Assembly (NCBI GenBank): GCA_041486565.1
Contig: JBGPLS010000001.1
Coordinates: forward strand, 412 to 64,411
Direction: 5' to 3'
Length of the DNA stretch: 64,000 bases
DNA from: Gemmatimonadaceae bacterium
GTDB taxonomy: Bacteria > Gemmatimonadota > Gemmatimonadetes > Gemmatimonadales > Gemmatimonadaceae
This document shows positions 23,277-33,440 of the stretch, piece after piece; the first letter of the stretch is position 1, and the number at the start of each line of letters is the position of its first letter. The position numbers and the translations under genes are program-made. The notes under the pieces were generated by a model. That model ran no database searches. It was not told the DNA's origin and worked only from the letters and a program-made list of their open reading frames with translations.

Positions 23277-23618
23277 GTTGGCAAGCGAGCCGAGCGGATT
23301 CAGGGCCTCGAAGGTCGGCCGTTGATGCTCGGTATTCGTCCGGAGGATGTCTTTGTTGCGCTCGAGAGTGGCCCGACGATTTTTGCCGGCGAGTCCACCA
23401 TCGTCCACCCGCTTATAACTGCCCCTGCACACCTGGACCTCGTCGAGGCGCTCGGTAACGAAGTATTTGTCTACGCTACTGTCGGCCCCTACGGCATTAC
23501 TGCTCGCGTTGCACCTCAGCCCCTTCCCCGGTTGGGCGAGCCGATTACACTCGCCTTCGATCTCGGGAAGTCTCACTTCTTCGATCGTCAGAGCGGTGAC
23601 CGAGTAGGGAAGGGCTGA
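23277..23618 (+). pseudogene. Orphan C-terminal TOBE/OB region of a MalK/UgpC sugar ABC ATPase
   Basis: LGIRPEDV...LVEALGNEVFVY...HFFD...G; frame closed upstream by TAA at 23274, so no Walker motifs. Confidence 0.75.
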
Positions 23619-23684
23619 TCTTGAGCTTTCTGGTCTTTGAATGTCCGGCCCGCTTTCCTTTTCAAACGCAAAAACGGGAGACGC

Positions 23685-24764
23685 TCAGTCCCCCATGCTG
23701 ATTCCCATCTCCCGAGCCGTCTGCACGATGTCGTGTAGCGGATCTACTCGCTTCGGCACGCGTAGTACTTCGGTGATCGGAACAGTCACTATGTGGGGCG
23801 ACTGAAGCGCCACCATCTGGCCCCACGCCTGGTTCTCGACCGCGCGCACCGCGGCTGCCCCGAATCTGGTCGCCAGCAGTCGATCGTACCCAGTCGGCAT
23901 TCCGCCTCGCTGAAGGTGACCCAACACCAATGACCGGCATTCTTTCTCCGTCCGTTCGTGGATCTCCCTCGCCAATTGCTCCGCAACTGCCAGTGAGCGG
24001 CCTCTGTATCCCTCAGCGTGTAGATCCTGACTCAATGCTATCTGGTTCTTCGCGATTGCGCCTTCAGCCGCCACGACAATCGAGAAGAAGCGCCCTGATC
24101 GGTCCCGCTCTATGATCTTTTCGCACACCTTTTCGATATCGTAGGGAATCTCGGGGATTAGAATTACATCAGCCGATGCAGCCACTCCGGAGTGCAGGGC
24201 GATGAAGCCCGCATCGCGACCCATTACCTCGATCACGAGCACCCGGTCGTGGCTCTCCGCGGTTGTGTGCAGCTTGTCGATCGCCTCGATCGCCGTGTTC
24301 ACCGCGGTATCGAATCCAAAGGTCGTGATCGTGCAGGATACGTCATTGTCAATCGTCTTCGGGACGGCGACGATCTTCATTCCCTTTTCGCCCAGTTGCT
24401 GGGCAATTGTCAGTGTCCCGTCCCCGCCAATTGCGATGACTGCGTCTATGCCGTATCGCGCGGCATTCTCGAGCAGCTCGTCGGATCGGTCAACCTCGGT
24501 GTAAACCCCATCAGGCCCACGTACCGGAAGATGAAATGGGTTTCCCCGATTAGTCGTGTGCAGAATCGTCCCGCCCATGTGGGCGATTCCCCGCACTGAC
24601 TCACGGGTGAGGGGTTTGACCTCCCCCTCTATCAGCAGGCCGTTGAATCCGTGCCTGATCCCCAGTACTTCCCAGCCGCGGTTGATCGCCGCTAGCACTA
24701 CCGCTCGAATGACGGCATTCAGTCCCGGGGCATCTCCACCACCCGTCAGCAGTCCTATACGCAT
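23685..24764 (-). CDS. pfkA: 6-phosphofructokinase
   Basis: TGGGDAPGLN, IGGDGT, PKTIDND, EVMGR, LGHLQRGG. Confidence 0.95.
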   Translation of the reverse strand: MRIGLLTGGGDAPGLNAVIRAVVLAAINRGWEVLGIRHGFNGLLIEGEVKPLTRESVRGIAHMGGTILHTTNRGNPFHLPVRGPDGVYTEVDRSDELLENAARYGIDAVIAIGGDGTLTIAQQLGEKGMKIVAVPKTIDNDVSCTITTFGFDTAVNTAIEAIDKLHTTAESHDRVLVIEVMGRDAGFIALHSGVAASADVILIPEIPYDIEKVCEKIIERDRSGRFFSIVVAAEGAIAKNQIALSQDLHAEGYRGRSLAVAEQLAREIHERTEKECRSLVLGHLQRGGMPTGYDRLLATRFGAAAVRAVENQAWGQMVALQSPHIVTVPITEVLRVPKRVDPLHDIVQTAREMGISMGD

Positions 24765-24776
24765 TCGAAGAGGCTG

Positions 24777-25937
24777 CTAGCGTAGTGGTGTCATCCGGAC
24801 CATGACCACGCTGTGTGGTTTCACCACCGTCGAGTATTTTTCCTTGAATCGCCCGACTTCAGAGTGTGACCAGAGATCGCGCACTCTCGCAGAATCGTTG
24901 TGAAGTCCGACTCGGGAGAAGTACGCTGTAATCGTGTCAGCCTTCGATGAGCGATTGAGTAGCGCGACCGCGCGAGATCCATCGCGCAATGATTTTGCCC
25001 ATACCTGAAGCTCCGGCTGTGGCTCCCAGACGAGTATCCCCTGTGCGCCAAGGGAGTCCTGATCGACTGCGATGACTTCCGGATTGAGAAGTACGTCCCT
25101 GGTCTGACTGGACATCGTACGCACGTCATTCCCCGCGATCAGTGGAGCAGCCATGATCGCCCACAGGCTCAGGTGAGCACGATACTCTTCATCCGTCATG
25201 CCGCCATTGCCGACCTCGAGCATGTCAGGATCGTTCCAGGCGCCCGGCCTCGCGACAGTTGCGTGCTGTCCGGATTGATCGAGATTGGCCAGCATCGACG
25301 TCCATTTGTCCTCGATGTCGTCAGTCGTCCTCCACAAATTCCCGACTTTGGGCGCCCAGTCCCAGGGCTGGTTTGACCCCCACTCGCAGATACTGAACAC
25401 GATCGGACGTCTCGCTCGCGCCAGTGCGTCGCGGAATTTGGCGTACTGCGCACGCGCATCTAGCCCGCTCGCGTTGCACCAATCTTCCTTTACGTAATCG
25501 ACACCCCATCCGGCATAGGTTCGTGCGTCCCCTTCTTCATGTCCGTAGCTCCCCGGCCGGCCTTGACATGTCTTCGTCCCGGCGTCGGTGTAGATCCCGA
25601 ATTTAAGCCCTTTGCCGTGGACATAATCGGCGAGCGCCTTGATGCCGTGCGGGAAACGCGCTGGATCAGCGACGATTGTCCCGTTGGCATCGCGGCTCAC
25701 CTGCCAGCAATCGTCGATCACGACATACTGATAGCCCGCGTCACGCATTCCGCTCGCCGCGATCGAATCCGCCGTCTCCATAATTAACGACTCGCTGACG
25801 TCGCAGCCGAAATGATTCCAGCTGTTCCACCCCATCGGTGGCGTCCGTGCCAAGCCATTGTCGAGCCTCGTGCGCGAGGCCAGAGATACGCCAAGAATGA
25901 TGGGCAATAGTGCGAGCTGCCAGATTCTGCTGATCAC
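24777..25937 (-). CDS. Secreted alpha-galactosidase (GH27)
   Basis: LDNGLARTPPMGWNSWN, IDDCW, DYVKEDWC, WNDPDMLEVGNG; signal peptide. Confidence 0.95.
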   Translation of the reverse strand: MISRIWQLALLPIILGVSLASRTRLDNGLARTPPMGWNSWNHFGCDVSESLIMETADSIAASGMRDAGYQYVVIDDCWQVSRDANGTIVADPARFPHGIKALADYVHGKGLKFGIYTDAGTKTCQGRPGSYGHEEGDARTYAGWGVDYVKEDWCNASGLDARAQYAKFRDALARARRPIVFSICEWGSNQPWDWAPKVGNLWRTTDDIEDKWTSMLANLDQSGQHATVARPGAWNDPDMLEVGNGGMTDEEYRAHLSLWAIMAAPLIAGNDVRTMSSQTRDVLLNPEVIAVDQDSLGAQGILVWEPQPELQVWAKSLRDGSRAVALLNRSSKADTITAYFSRVGLHNDSARVRDLWSHSEVGRFKEKYSTVVKPHSVVMVRMTPLR

Positions 25938-26000
25938 GGGCGACTTCCTCCAGCTGAGATTGCGATGGATTGCGGAGCGACCGGTGACGCTGCAAATAAT

Positions 26001-26804
26001 CTACCCGCGCCGGAATCGAGCGTCCGCTTCGAGATATCCAGATGGTAGCCCAACGTCGAGAAAATCTCCGCGAATGAGACAACCGGTGAGACTGCCTCGC
26101 CGGAGAAGCAGCTGAAGTACCGGAATGTCATCCAGTTCTTTGCCACTCGGCGAACTCGCCTCGATCTCATCGATTGCCGCGAACACTTCAGGCAGAAACA
26201 CATAGCGGCCAACTCCGGTAAACGCGGACGAAGCACCCATTGGGTTGAATGTTTTGTCGGGCGGCCCTTTATCGGGAATGCGCTCGATGATGAACTCTTC
26301 CTTCTCGAGCCGCCCTGCATATACCGCGGTCGGACCATAGCGCTCTCTGTGCACCGCGGTGAGCTCGACGATTGCAACAATGTTCTTGCCGGTTCGTCGA
26401 TGAACATCAAAGAGCTGAGACAGCGCGGGAGCGCCGCCGAGAAAGAGATTATCCGGCAGAGCAACCGCCAGAGCTGAATTCTCGGCGAAGTCCCTCCCCA
26501 GCCGGATAGCGTCGGCGAGTCCACGCGTCTCTTCCTGAATCAGTACTCGAACCTCATCAGGCATTCCCGTAGACCCCGCAGCCGAGAGAGCGGCATTTGC
26601 CAGGTCGCTTTTCCCGGGGGCAGACACAATGAGGACTTCGCACACGCCGCTGGCAGCGCATTCGGCCATCACGCGGAGCACGAGGGGAATCCCACCAACA
26701 GGCAGGAGCTCCTTCGCCGTGCTCCCCCCGCCAGTGAAAGAAGCCATCCGTGTTCCTTTACCACCGCAGGGGATGACTGCCTTGGTTATCCGAGGACGCT
26801 TCAT
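26001..26804 (-). CDS. GalU/GalF-like sugar-1-phosphate nucleotidyltransferase
   Basis: KAVIPCGGKGTR...KELLPV, GLADAI, VALPD, VGRYVF, DVG.P.GY. Confidence 0.85.
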   Translation of the reverse strand: MKRPRITKAVIPCGGKGTRMASFTGGGSTAKELLPVGGIPLVLRVMAECAASGVCEVLIVSAPGKSDLANAALSAAGSTGMPDEVRVLIQEETRGLADAIRLGRDFAENSALAVALPDNLFLGGAPALSQLFDVHRRTGKNIVAIVELTAVHRERYGPTAVYAGRLEKEEFIIERIPDKGPPDKTFNPMGASSAFTGVGRYVFLPEVFAAIDEIEASSPSGKELDDIPVLQLLLRRGSLTGCLIRGDFLDVGLPSGYLEADARFRRG

Positions 26805-27949
26805 CGCGCGCTCCTCTCCAGCTTCGCTCCCTTCGCTGCGTTTGTCAGCCAGATTCTCGGCTTTCTTCCGAACGCTGCATCGTACTCAGAGGAGAGGGCG
26901 TGCTCTGCGCTGGTCAACGCCTCGAGATCTCCCACGGCAATCGCGCACCCTCCCCACCCGGCACCGGTAAGTCGCGCGCCCCGCACACCAGGAGTCCTCT
27001 TCGCTCTTTCGACAAACCAGTCCAGCTCGGGCGTCGAGCACTCGTATTGAGTCCGAAGCGACTCGTGTGATTCATAGAGCGTCTCGCCCTCCACTGAGCC
27101 GGATTTCTTCAGACTTTCTACGACCTGCCTCACACGGATGTTCTCTTCAGTGACATGCAATGCCCGTTTCGCGAGGTCGCCAGGCAATCGGGCGTCACGA
27201 ACTTCGTCTGGATGAGCGCAGGTGAGATTTTCAAGCGCAGGATTACGCTGACGGAGCAGTCGCAGCGCTTCCTGACACTCGAGGCGTCGCTGGTTAAACT
27301 GGGAAACGCGCAATGACCTCGGAGTAGCGGTGTCGAAGATGAGCACCGCTTCCCGCATCACTACCTGCTCCACCGCAAGACTGTCGCACCAGAGGTGGAG
27401 TGCGTGGCCCTCCTCACACAGCGCTGATGCAAATTGATCCATCACGCCGCACGCAAGCCCCACAGACTGATTCTCGACGCCCCAGGCGAGCAGTGCGAGA
27501 TCTTTGAGCGTCCGGCTATCGCTCACGAACGCGGCGAGAGAGACACATGTGGCAAGCTCGAGCGCCGCTGAAGAGCCCAGTCCCGAACCGGCGGGTAAGT
27601 CGCCTGTCACGCTCGCTTCGATCTGCGGAAGGGACGCGCCTTCAGATGCAAAGGCAGCGCAGATCGCGCTCACGTAATCCCCCCACTGTCCACTACGTGC
27701 GAACGAGTGAACATCGAAATCCGCCTGCACGGGTTGGCTATCCGAGACGACGTGGCTCAGGGTCGCACCGGGCTTCGCTCTTATCGCGACATAGGTCCGG
27801 CGGTCAATCGCAAGAGGCAGAACCTGACCACCGTTATAATCTGTGTGCTCCCCTATGATGTTCACCCTTCCCGGGGCAGAGCCGATCACCTCCGCTTCGG
27901 CGCCGTAGATCTCTCGAAAGTATCGGCGCGCGTGATCCGCGTTCATCAT
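26801..27949 (-). CDS. galK: Galactokinase
   Basis: APGRVNIIGEHTDYNGG, PAGSGLGSSAA, CGVMDQ, GARLTGAGWGG; start moved to ATG 27949. Confidence 0.95.
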   Translation of the reverse strand: MMNADHARRYFREIYGAEAEVIGSAPGRVNIIGEHTDYNGGQVLPLAIDRRTYVAIRAKPGATLSHVVSDSQPVQADFDVHSFARSGQWGDYVSAICAAFASEGASLPQIEASVTGDLPAGSGLGSSAALELATCVSLAAFVSDSRTLKDLALLAWGVENQSVGLACGVMDQFASALCEEGHALHLWCDSLAVEQVVMREAVLIFDTATPRSLRVSQFNQRRLECQEALRLLRQRNPALENLTCAHPDEVRDARLPGDLAKRALHVTEENIRVRQVVESLKKSGSVEGETLYESHESLRTQYECSTPELDWFVERAKRTPGVRGARLTGAGWGGCAIAVGDLEALTSAEHALSSEYDAAFGRKPRIWLTNAAKGAKLERSAR

Positions 27950-28012
27950 CTCCCCGAGGTGAGCACTTATGCTGAATTTTACGACTCGAGGAATGAATGG
28001 TATCCTTGTGAA

Positions 28013-29356
28013 ATGACCGACGCCACACCAGGGAGCACTCATTACGTCCGTCGTCTCGGGATCTTCGACACGACGATGGTCGTCATCGGCGGCATCATCG
28101 GCGCCGGGATATTCCTTAACCCCGCAATCGTAGCGCAGCGAGTACATACCAGTGTCTTCATTCTCACCACATGGACAGTCGGTGGCGTGGTCGCACTTGT
28201 CGGCGCGCTCTCGTTCGCTGAGCTGGGGGCGCGCCGGCCACAGGCGGGTGGAGGATACATCTATCTCACGGAAATCTTCGGGCCACTGGCCGCGTTTCTC
28301 TATGGCTGGACATTTCTGCTCATCATCAACAGCGGTGGCATCGCCGCCGTCGCTGTAACATTCGCTCGCTATACCGCGGATCTGTTCGGACTCTCGACAG
28401 GTTACATCAAGCCCCTCGCGGCGGCCGCGCTGGTAGCATTGTCCGGCGTGAACTACTTCGGAGTTCGTCCTGGCAGCATAACGCAGAACATCTTCACGGT
28501 TCTCAAGCTACTCGCGCTGGCTGTTCTCATCGGCGCGGGAGTTTTCTTCGCGGGCCAAGCGTTCCATCCAATACCTGAGAACCCGCCCACATCCGTCGAG
28601 AGCACCTTCGGCGTCATTCGGGCACTGGGTTACGCCCTCATCCCCGTTTTGTTCGCCTATGGAGGCTGGCAATACTCCAACAACATTGCGAGCGAGATCA
28701 TCGCTCCTGAACGAACACTTCCGAAAGCACTTGCGATCGGAATGTCGGTCGTCGTCGTCGTTTACGTGCTGGCCAACGTCGCGTACATCAGAACCCTTGG
28801 TGCAGCCGGACTGGCGTCGAGCCTCGCGCCTGCAGCCGACACGATGCGCGCCGTGATGGGCCCGCTCGGCGGTACCTTGATGGCCGCCGGTATCATGGCA
28901 TCGACTATTGGTTTCGTGAACAGCGGCATACTATCCGCCCCCCGTATGCTTCAGACGATGGCTGGCGACGGTCTCTTCTTTCGATTCGCGGCGCGATTGC
29001 ATCCGCGGTATCACACACCGACGGGAGGAATCGTTATTCAGGCAGTGTGGGCAATTGCGCTTGTTCTCTCTGGAACGTACGGCCAGTTGCTTGACTATGT
29101 GGTGTTTGGAGACTGGATATTCTTCGGGCTCATAGTCGCCACTATCTTCGGTTACCGTCGCCGTGATGCGGCTGGCACATCCGAGATTCCACGGACTTAT
29201 CGCGTTCCAGGATATCCATTACTGCCGGCACTTTTCGTAGTCACTGCGGTGTTTGTCGTTGCTAGCGCCGTCTGGTCGAACCCTCGCAACGCTGTACTCG
29301 GCGTGCTTCTGATGGCAGCCGGTGTCCCTGCATTCGTTTTCTGGCGCCGGTACTAA
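28013..29356 (+). CDS. APC-family amino acid permease
   Basis: IIGAGIF, AELG..P.AGG.Y.YL, FAYGGW, about 12 TM segments; start ATG 28013. Confidence 0.93.
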   Translation: MTDATPGSTHYVRRLGIFDTTMVVIGGIIGAGIFLNPAIVAQRVHTSVFILTTWTVGGVVALVGALSFAELGARRPQAGGGYIYLTEIFGPLAAFLYGWTFLLIINSGGIAAVAVTFARYTADLFGLSTGYIKPLAAAALVALSGVNYFGVRPGSITQNIFTVLKLLALAVLIGAGVFFAGQAFHPIPENPPTSVESTFGVIRALGYALIPVLFAYGGWQYSNNIASEIIAPERTLPKALAIGMSVVVVVYVLANVAYIRTLGAAGLASSLAPAADTMRAVMGPLGGTLMAAGIMASTIGFVNSGILSAPRMLQTMAGDGLFFRFAARLHPRYHTPTGGIVIQAVWAIALVLSGTYGQLLDYVVFGDWIFFGLIVATIFGYRRRDAAGTSEIPRTYRVPGYPLLPALFVVTAVFVVASAVWSNPRNAVLGVLLMAAGVPAFVFWRRY

Positions 29357-29384
29357 TTGATTTCCTGGCTGCCGCTTGATTCAA

Positions 29385-29457
<73 letters not shown>

Positions 29458-29575
29458 CCTTCCCTTATACGGCGGTCGCAAGTTAATCCTCACGAAATAC
29501 TGTCGGTACCCCTACATCGCGGGTGAGTACAGGCGCATCTCTTGCACTCTTCGAAGGAAACCTGGTAACTGAAGC

Positions 29576-29977
29576 TCATGCCAAATTGCGGCTTCCGTAG
29601 CTCGCGGTGATCACTGACTTGATGCCACCACGGACATTGAAGTCACCCACCACCCGCATCCATTTCGGCTTCACCGTTGCCACCAGGTCGTCCAGGATCC
29701 GATTCACTGCCCGCTCGTAGAAGATGCCGTCGTTCCTGAAACTCCAGAGATAGAACTTGAGGCTCTTGAGCTCGACGCAGAGGTCACCGGGGACATAGGT
29801 GATCCGGATCGTGCCGAAATCGGGGGCGCCTCCCCTCAGCAGATCGAGATCCGACGCATCGCTCTCCACTCCGCCCACCGGGCAAAGCGATGTGAACTCG
29901 TCGCAGTCCATGTGGATTTCGTAATCCCGGCTCGCGTAGGGATTCGCGAACGCCTCCAGCAATTCCGGTCTCGGCAT
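29576..29977 (-). CDS. queF: PreQ0 reductase QueF (unimodular)
   Basis: EFTSLCP...PDF, QueF motif ELKSLKFYL, FNVRGG. Confidence 0.92.
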   Translation of the reverse strand: MPRPELLEAFANPYASRDYEIHMDCDEFTSLCPVGGVESDASDLDLLRGGAPDFGTIRITYVPGDLCVELKSLKFYLWSFRNDGIFYERAVNRILDDLVATVKPKWMRVVGDFNVRGGIKSVITASYGSRNLA

Positions 29978-30022
29978 TCCGTAGAATGCATGAATCCGAG
30001 ACCAGGATCAATCGGCCAAGGC

Positions 30023-30940
30023 TTATGATCCCCGCAGTTTCCTCGACATTTCCTCGAGAAGCCTTACTTCTTCACTCGTCAGACTCTCGATCCCATGTTT
30101 CGAAATCTTGTCGAGAACCAGATTCAATCGTTCCGGTAGTGCCACGTCGGTATCCTCCGGGCGATTCAGCACTACTGCTCGCGCAGGTCGCGCCACGATT
30201 GCGTTGCTCTTGGCAACGACTTCGTCCACTTCACTGCGATTCGCACGCTCCCGACTCCTCGGTCTTACCTTGGGTACCGCCCGGAATGCGTCCTCCGGCT
30301 CATCCGGAATCGGCGAGACCCAGCGACGGAAATTGTCCAGTCCGCCGAATGACGACATTCGCAGGTAAATCCAGCCGAATGCCAGCCCGCCCAGATGGGA
30401 GAACCAGCCTATACCCGAGCTGCCGGGACTGGATGCAACACCCATTGCCAGATTGATCAACACCATCCACACGATGAGCCAGCGAGTCTTCATCGGCAGA
30501 ACGCCGAAGAGATAGACTTCCTCGTCCGGCCACCGCAATGCGTACGCGAGCATCACCCCACTTACTGCCGCTGATGCTCCGATGAGCCCTGCATTACGCT
30601 GAAGCAGAAGGTGTGCGACGGCTCCGCCGAGCCCGCACCATATGTAGAAGTAGAGAAACCCTCGGGTGTTCCAGCTTTGCTCCACACGCGGCCCAAACAT
30701 CCACAGCGCAACCATGTTGAACGCAAGATGCCATACTCCCCCATGCACGAACATGTATGTGAATGGGGTCCACCAGCCTGATGCCAGATCTCCGACCGAC
30801 AATCCGAGCGCAGCGTAGACATGCTCCGATCCGAAGAGCGTCAGCTGGAGAAAATAGACTCCGACGTTCGCCGCAATCAGCCATTGCACAGCTGGCGTTA
30901 TTCTGGGCTGCTGGGATGAATCGTAGAGCGTGTAGGCCAT
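30023..30940 (-). CDS. Rhomboid intramembrane serine protease
   Basis: TYMFVH...HLAFNM, GASAA, HLGG; C-terminal LDKISKHGIESLT domain. Confidence 0.93.
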   Translation of the reverse strand: MAYTLYDSSQQPRITPAVQWLIAANVGVYFLQLTLFGSEHVYAALGLSVGDLASGWWTPFTYMFVHGGVWHLAFNMVALWMFGPRVEQSWNTRGFLYFYIWCGLGGAVAHLLLQRNAGLIGASAAVSGVMLAYALRWPDEEVYLFGVLPMKTRWLIVWMVLINLAMGVASSPGSSGIGWFSHLGGLAFGWIYLRMSSFGGLDNFRRWVSPIPDEPEDAFRAVPKVRPRSRERANRSEVDEVVAKSNAIVARPARAVVLNRPEDTDVALPERLNLVLDKISKHGIESLTSEEVRLLEEMSRKLRGS

Positions 30941-31006
30941 GCAAAAACCTTCCTGCGACTGAAAGGAGGCGTACCTCCTATAACACAGACCGTGCCGGAC
31001 TGTTCC

Positions 31007-32023
31007 TCATCGGTGCGCCAGATTCACAATCCGTTCGCAAAGATCGGCAAAGGACATTCCCATCGCCGTTGCACCCTGCGGAATGAGACTCAACTCGGTC
31101 ATCCCCGGCAACGTATTGGCCTCGAGACAGTAAAATTTGTCCTCGCCTCCTCCATCATCGGATGAAGGGAGCCGAAAATCAATCCGTGCACATCCACCAA
31201 GCTTGAGGGCGCGAAAGGCGGCTAGTGCTTGCTCCTGAATTTTGGCGGTCTGTGCTGGCGTTAGTTTCGCCGGAAACTCTTCTTCCGCCATTCCCGCTGT
31301 GTACTTGCACTCATAGTCGTAGATCTCGTGCTTCGGCTTTATCTCCCCTACTGGAAGTGCCAAATCACCCAGTATCCCGACTGTCAGTTCCCGACCGGGA
31401 ATGAATCGCTCTATCATCACCTCGTCGTCGAACTGCCATGCTTCCGCTACCGCCGTCTCGAACTGGTCGCGTCCCTTCACCACCGTGAGGCCAACCGTTG
31501 AGCCTTGCTTGGACGGCTTCACGACTACAGGAAGACCGAGCTTCTTCTCCACTTCATCGATCGAGACCGGTGCCATCAGCCAGTCTGCGGTTTCCACTCC
31601 CGCTGCTCTGAAAAGCTTCTTCGAAAGATCCTTGTCCATCGCCAGCGCGCTTGCGAGGTGCCCGCTTCCGGTATAGGTAACATGCGCCATGTCCAGTAGA
31701 GCCTGAAGCGTGCCATCCTCTCCCTGGCCACCGTGCAGCGCGAGGAAGACGACGTCTGCTCCAGCAACTTCGGGATATGTCTCGAGCGCTGGCAGAAATG
31801 ACCCGCCTGTCGTTCTTGCGAGTGATTCCAGTGACGGAGGCTCCATACCGACCCCCCGCTCGCTTAGCTCCTTTTCGGCGACCGTATCGATGACTCCCCG
31901 CGATGGATCAAAAGCCGTCACCTCGTGCCCACGAGAGCGTAGTGCCGCTGCGATTCGGAGGCCGGAGGCGAGAGAAACGTTCCTCTCCGCCGATGCTCCA
32001 CCCATTAACACCGTGATCTTCAC
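31007..32023 (-). CDS. ddl: D-alanine--D-alanine ligase
   Basis: GG.SAERNVSLASG, LHGGQGEDG, YDYECKY, EANTLPGMT. Confidence 0.97.
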   Translation of the reverse strand: MKITVLMGGASAERNVSLASGLRIAAALRSRGHEVTAFDPSRGVIDTVAEKELSERGVGMEPPSLESLARTTGGSFLPALETYPEVAGADVVFLALHGGQGEDGTLQALLDMAHVTYTGSGHLASALAMDKDLSKKLFRAAGVETADWLMAPVSIDEVEKKLGLPVVVKPSKQGSTVGLTVVKGRDQFETAVAEAWQFDDEVMIERFIPGRELTVGILGDLALPVGEIKPKHEIYDYECKYTAGMAEEEFPAKLTPAQTAKIQEQALAAFRALKLGGCARIDFRLPSSDDGGGEDKFYCLEANTLPGMTELSLIPQGATAMGMSFADLCERIVNLAHR

Positions 32024-32036
32024 TTGAGTCCGCTTT

Positions 32037-33440
32037 TTATCGTGACATCATGAAGCGCAGCATGTCAGATCGCGTCACGATTCCCTGTACTTTTCCGTTC
32101 TCGCGCACGAGAACCGCCGGATTCGACTTGGATAACAGCCTGACCACGCTATCCACGGGCTGATCGCCCGCAATGACCGGAAAGGGCGAGTCCATGACCT
32201 CGCTCACTGTTCCATCGAGGAGTTTGGGGTTCTCCAGACCTTTTTGTGACAGCGACCAGTCGCTGACCGATCCAACACAGTTCGGTCCGTCCATCACCGG
32301 AAGCTGTGAGACGTCGTGCAGCGCCATGAGTCCCAGCGCCTGACGCACGATTGCCCCTGGAGCCACGCTCACCACTGGAGGCACCTGTCGCTCCCCTCGC
32401 TTTCCGCCAAGCACGTGTCCCAATGTAACCCGTGGTGAATCAAGCATCTGATTCTCGCGCATCCACTCGTCGTTGTAGACTTTGGACAGATACCGCTCGC
32501 CGGTGTCGCACAGAACCGTCACCACGAATGCACTGGAGTTGTCGATTCGTCGAGCCACACTGATCGCCACATGGGCAATCAGTCCCGATGAGCCGCCCAC
32601 AAACAGACCCTCTTCGCGCGTCAGTCGTCGCGCCATTGCGAACGAGTCCTTGTCGCTCACCGTCTGAAATTCGTCGATCACGCTCATATCGAGCGTTCCC
32701 GGAATCTTGTCCTGCCCGATTCCCTCAATTTTGTAGGGAGCACCTTCGTTGACCTGCGAGCCGTTTGTACGCCAGTAATCCGCCAGTATGGAGCCCAGCG
32801 GGTCGCCGGCGATAACCTTGATCTCGGGATTCTGCTCCTTGAGGTAGCGTCCTACTCCGGTGATCGTCCCGCCGGTGCCCGCAGCCGCAACAAAGTGGGT
32901 GATCCGTCCGTCGGTTTGCTCCCAGATCTCGGGGCCTGTGAGCTCATAGTGTGTTTCCGGGTTAGCCGGATTGTAAAACTGATCGGCGAGAATTGAATTC
33001 GGGGTTTCACTCACTATCCGCTTCGCCATCATCACGTAGTTGTCCGGGTGATCGGGTGGGACGGCCGTCGGCGTGACGATGACTTCAGCTCCGAAAGCTT
33101 TTAACAAACGCACCTTCTCCTGCGACATTTTGTCGGGCATCGTGAAGATGCACTTGTAGCCACGTAGCGCCGCGGCGATCGCGAGAGCGATGCCGGTATT
33201 TCCGCTCGTACCTTCCACGATCGTCCCACCTGGCCGCAGTGCACCCTCACGCTCTGCTTTCTCGATGATCGGCATTGCGATCCGATCTTTTATCGAGCCG
33301 CCAGGATTGAAAAATTCGGCCTTTCCATACACCGGCGTGCGTATTCCCCGAGTCACCGAGTTCAACCTGATCAGGGGAGTCCACCCAATAGTATCGATCA
33401 CACTATCGTATAGATGCCGGTTCCGTTCTATCCGTGACAT
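32037..33440 (-). CDS. cbs: Cystathionine beta-synthase with C-terminal CBS domains
   Basis: NPGGSIKDR PLP lysine, TSGNTG, GTGGT, EGIG; CBS pair (SQLPV...GIVTRSD). Confidence 0.88.
   Translation of the reverse strand: MSRIERNRHLYDSVIDTIGWTPLIRLNSVTRGIRTPVYGKAEFFNPGGSIKDRIAMPIIEKAEREGALRPGGTIVEGTSGNTGIALAIAAALRGYKCIFTMPDKMSQEKVRLLKAFGAEVIVTPTAVPPDHPDNYVMMAKRIVSETPNSILADQFYNPANPETHYELTGPEIWEQTDGRITHFVAAAGTGGTITGVGRYLKEQNPEIKVIAGDPLGSILADYWRTNGSQVNEGAPYKIEGIGQDKIPGTLDMSVIDEFQTVSDKDSFAMARRLTREEGLFVGGSSGLIAHVAISVARRIDNSSAFVVTVLCDTGERYLSKVYNDEWMRENQMLDSPRVTLGHVLGGKRGERQVPPVVSVAPGAIVRQALGLMALHDVSQLPVMDGPNCVGSVSDWSLSQKGLENPKLLDGTVSEVMDSPFPVIAGDQPVDSVVRLLSKSNPAVLVRENGKVQGIVTRSDMLRFMMSR

Noticed and set aside
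27707-28147. Apparent 440-bp overlap of galK and the permease
   Set aside because: Artefact of longest-ORF starts; better starts at 27949 and 28013 give a normal divergent pair.
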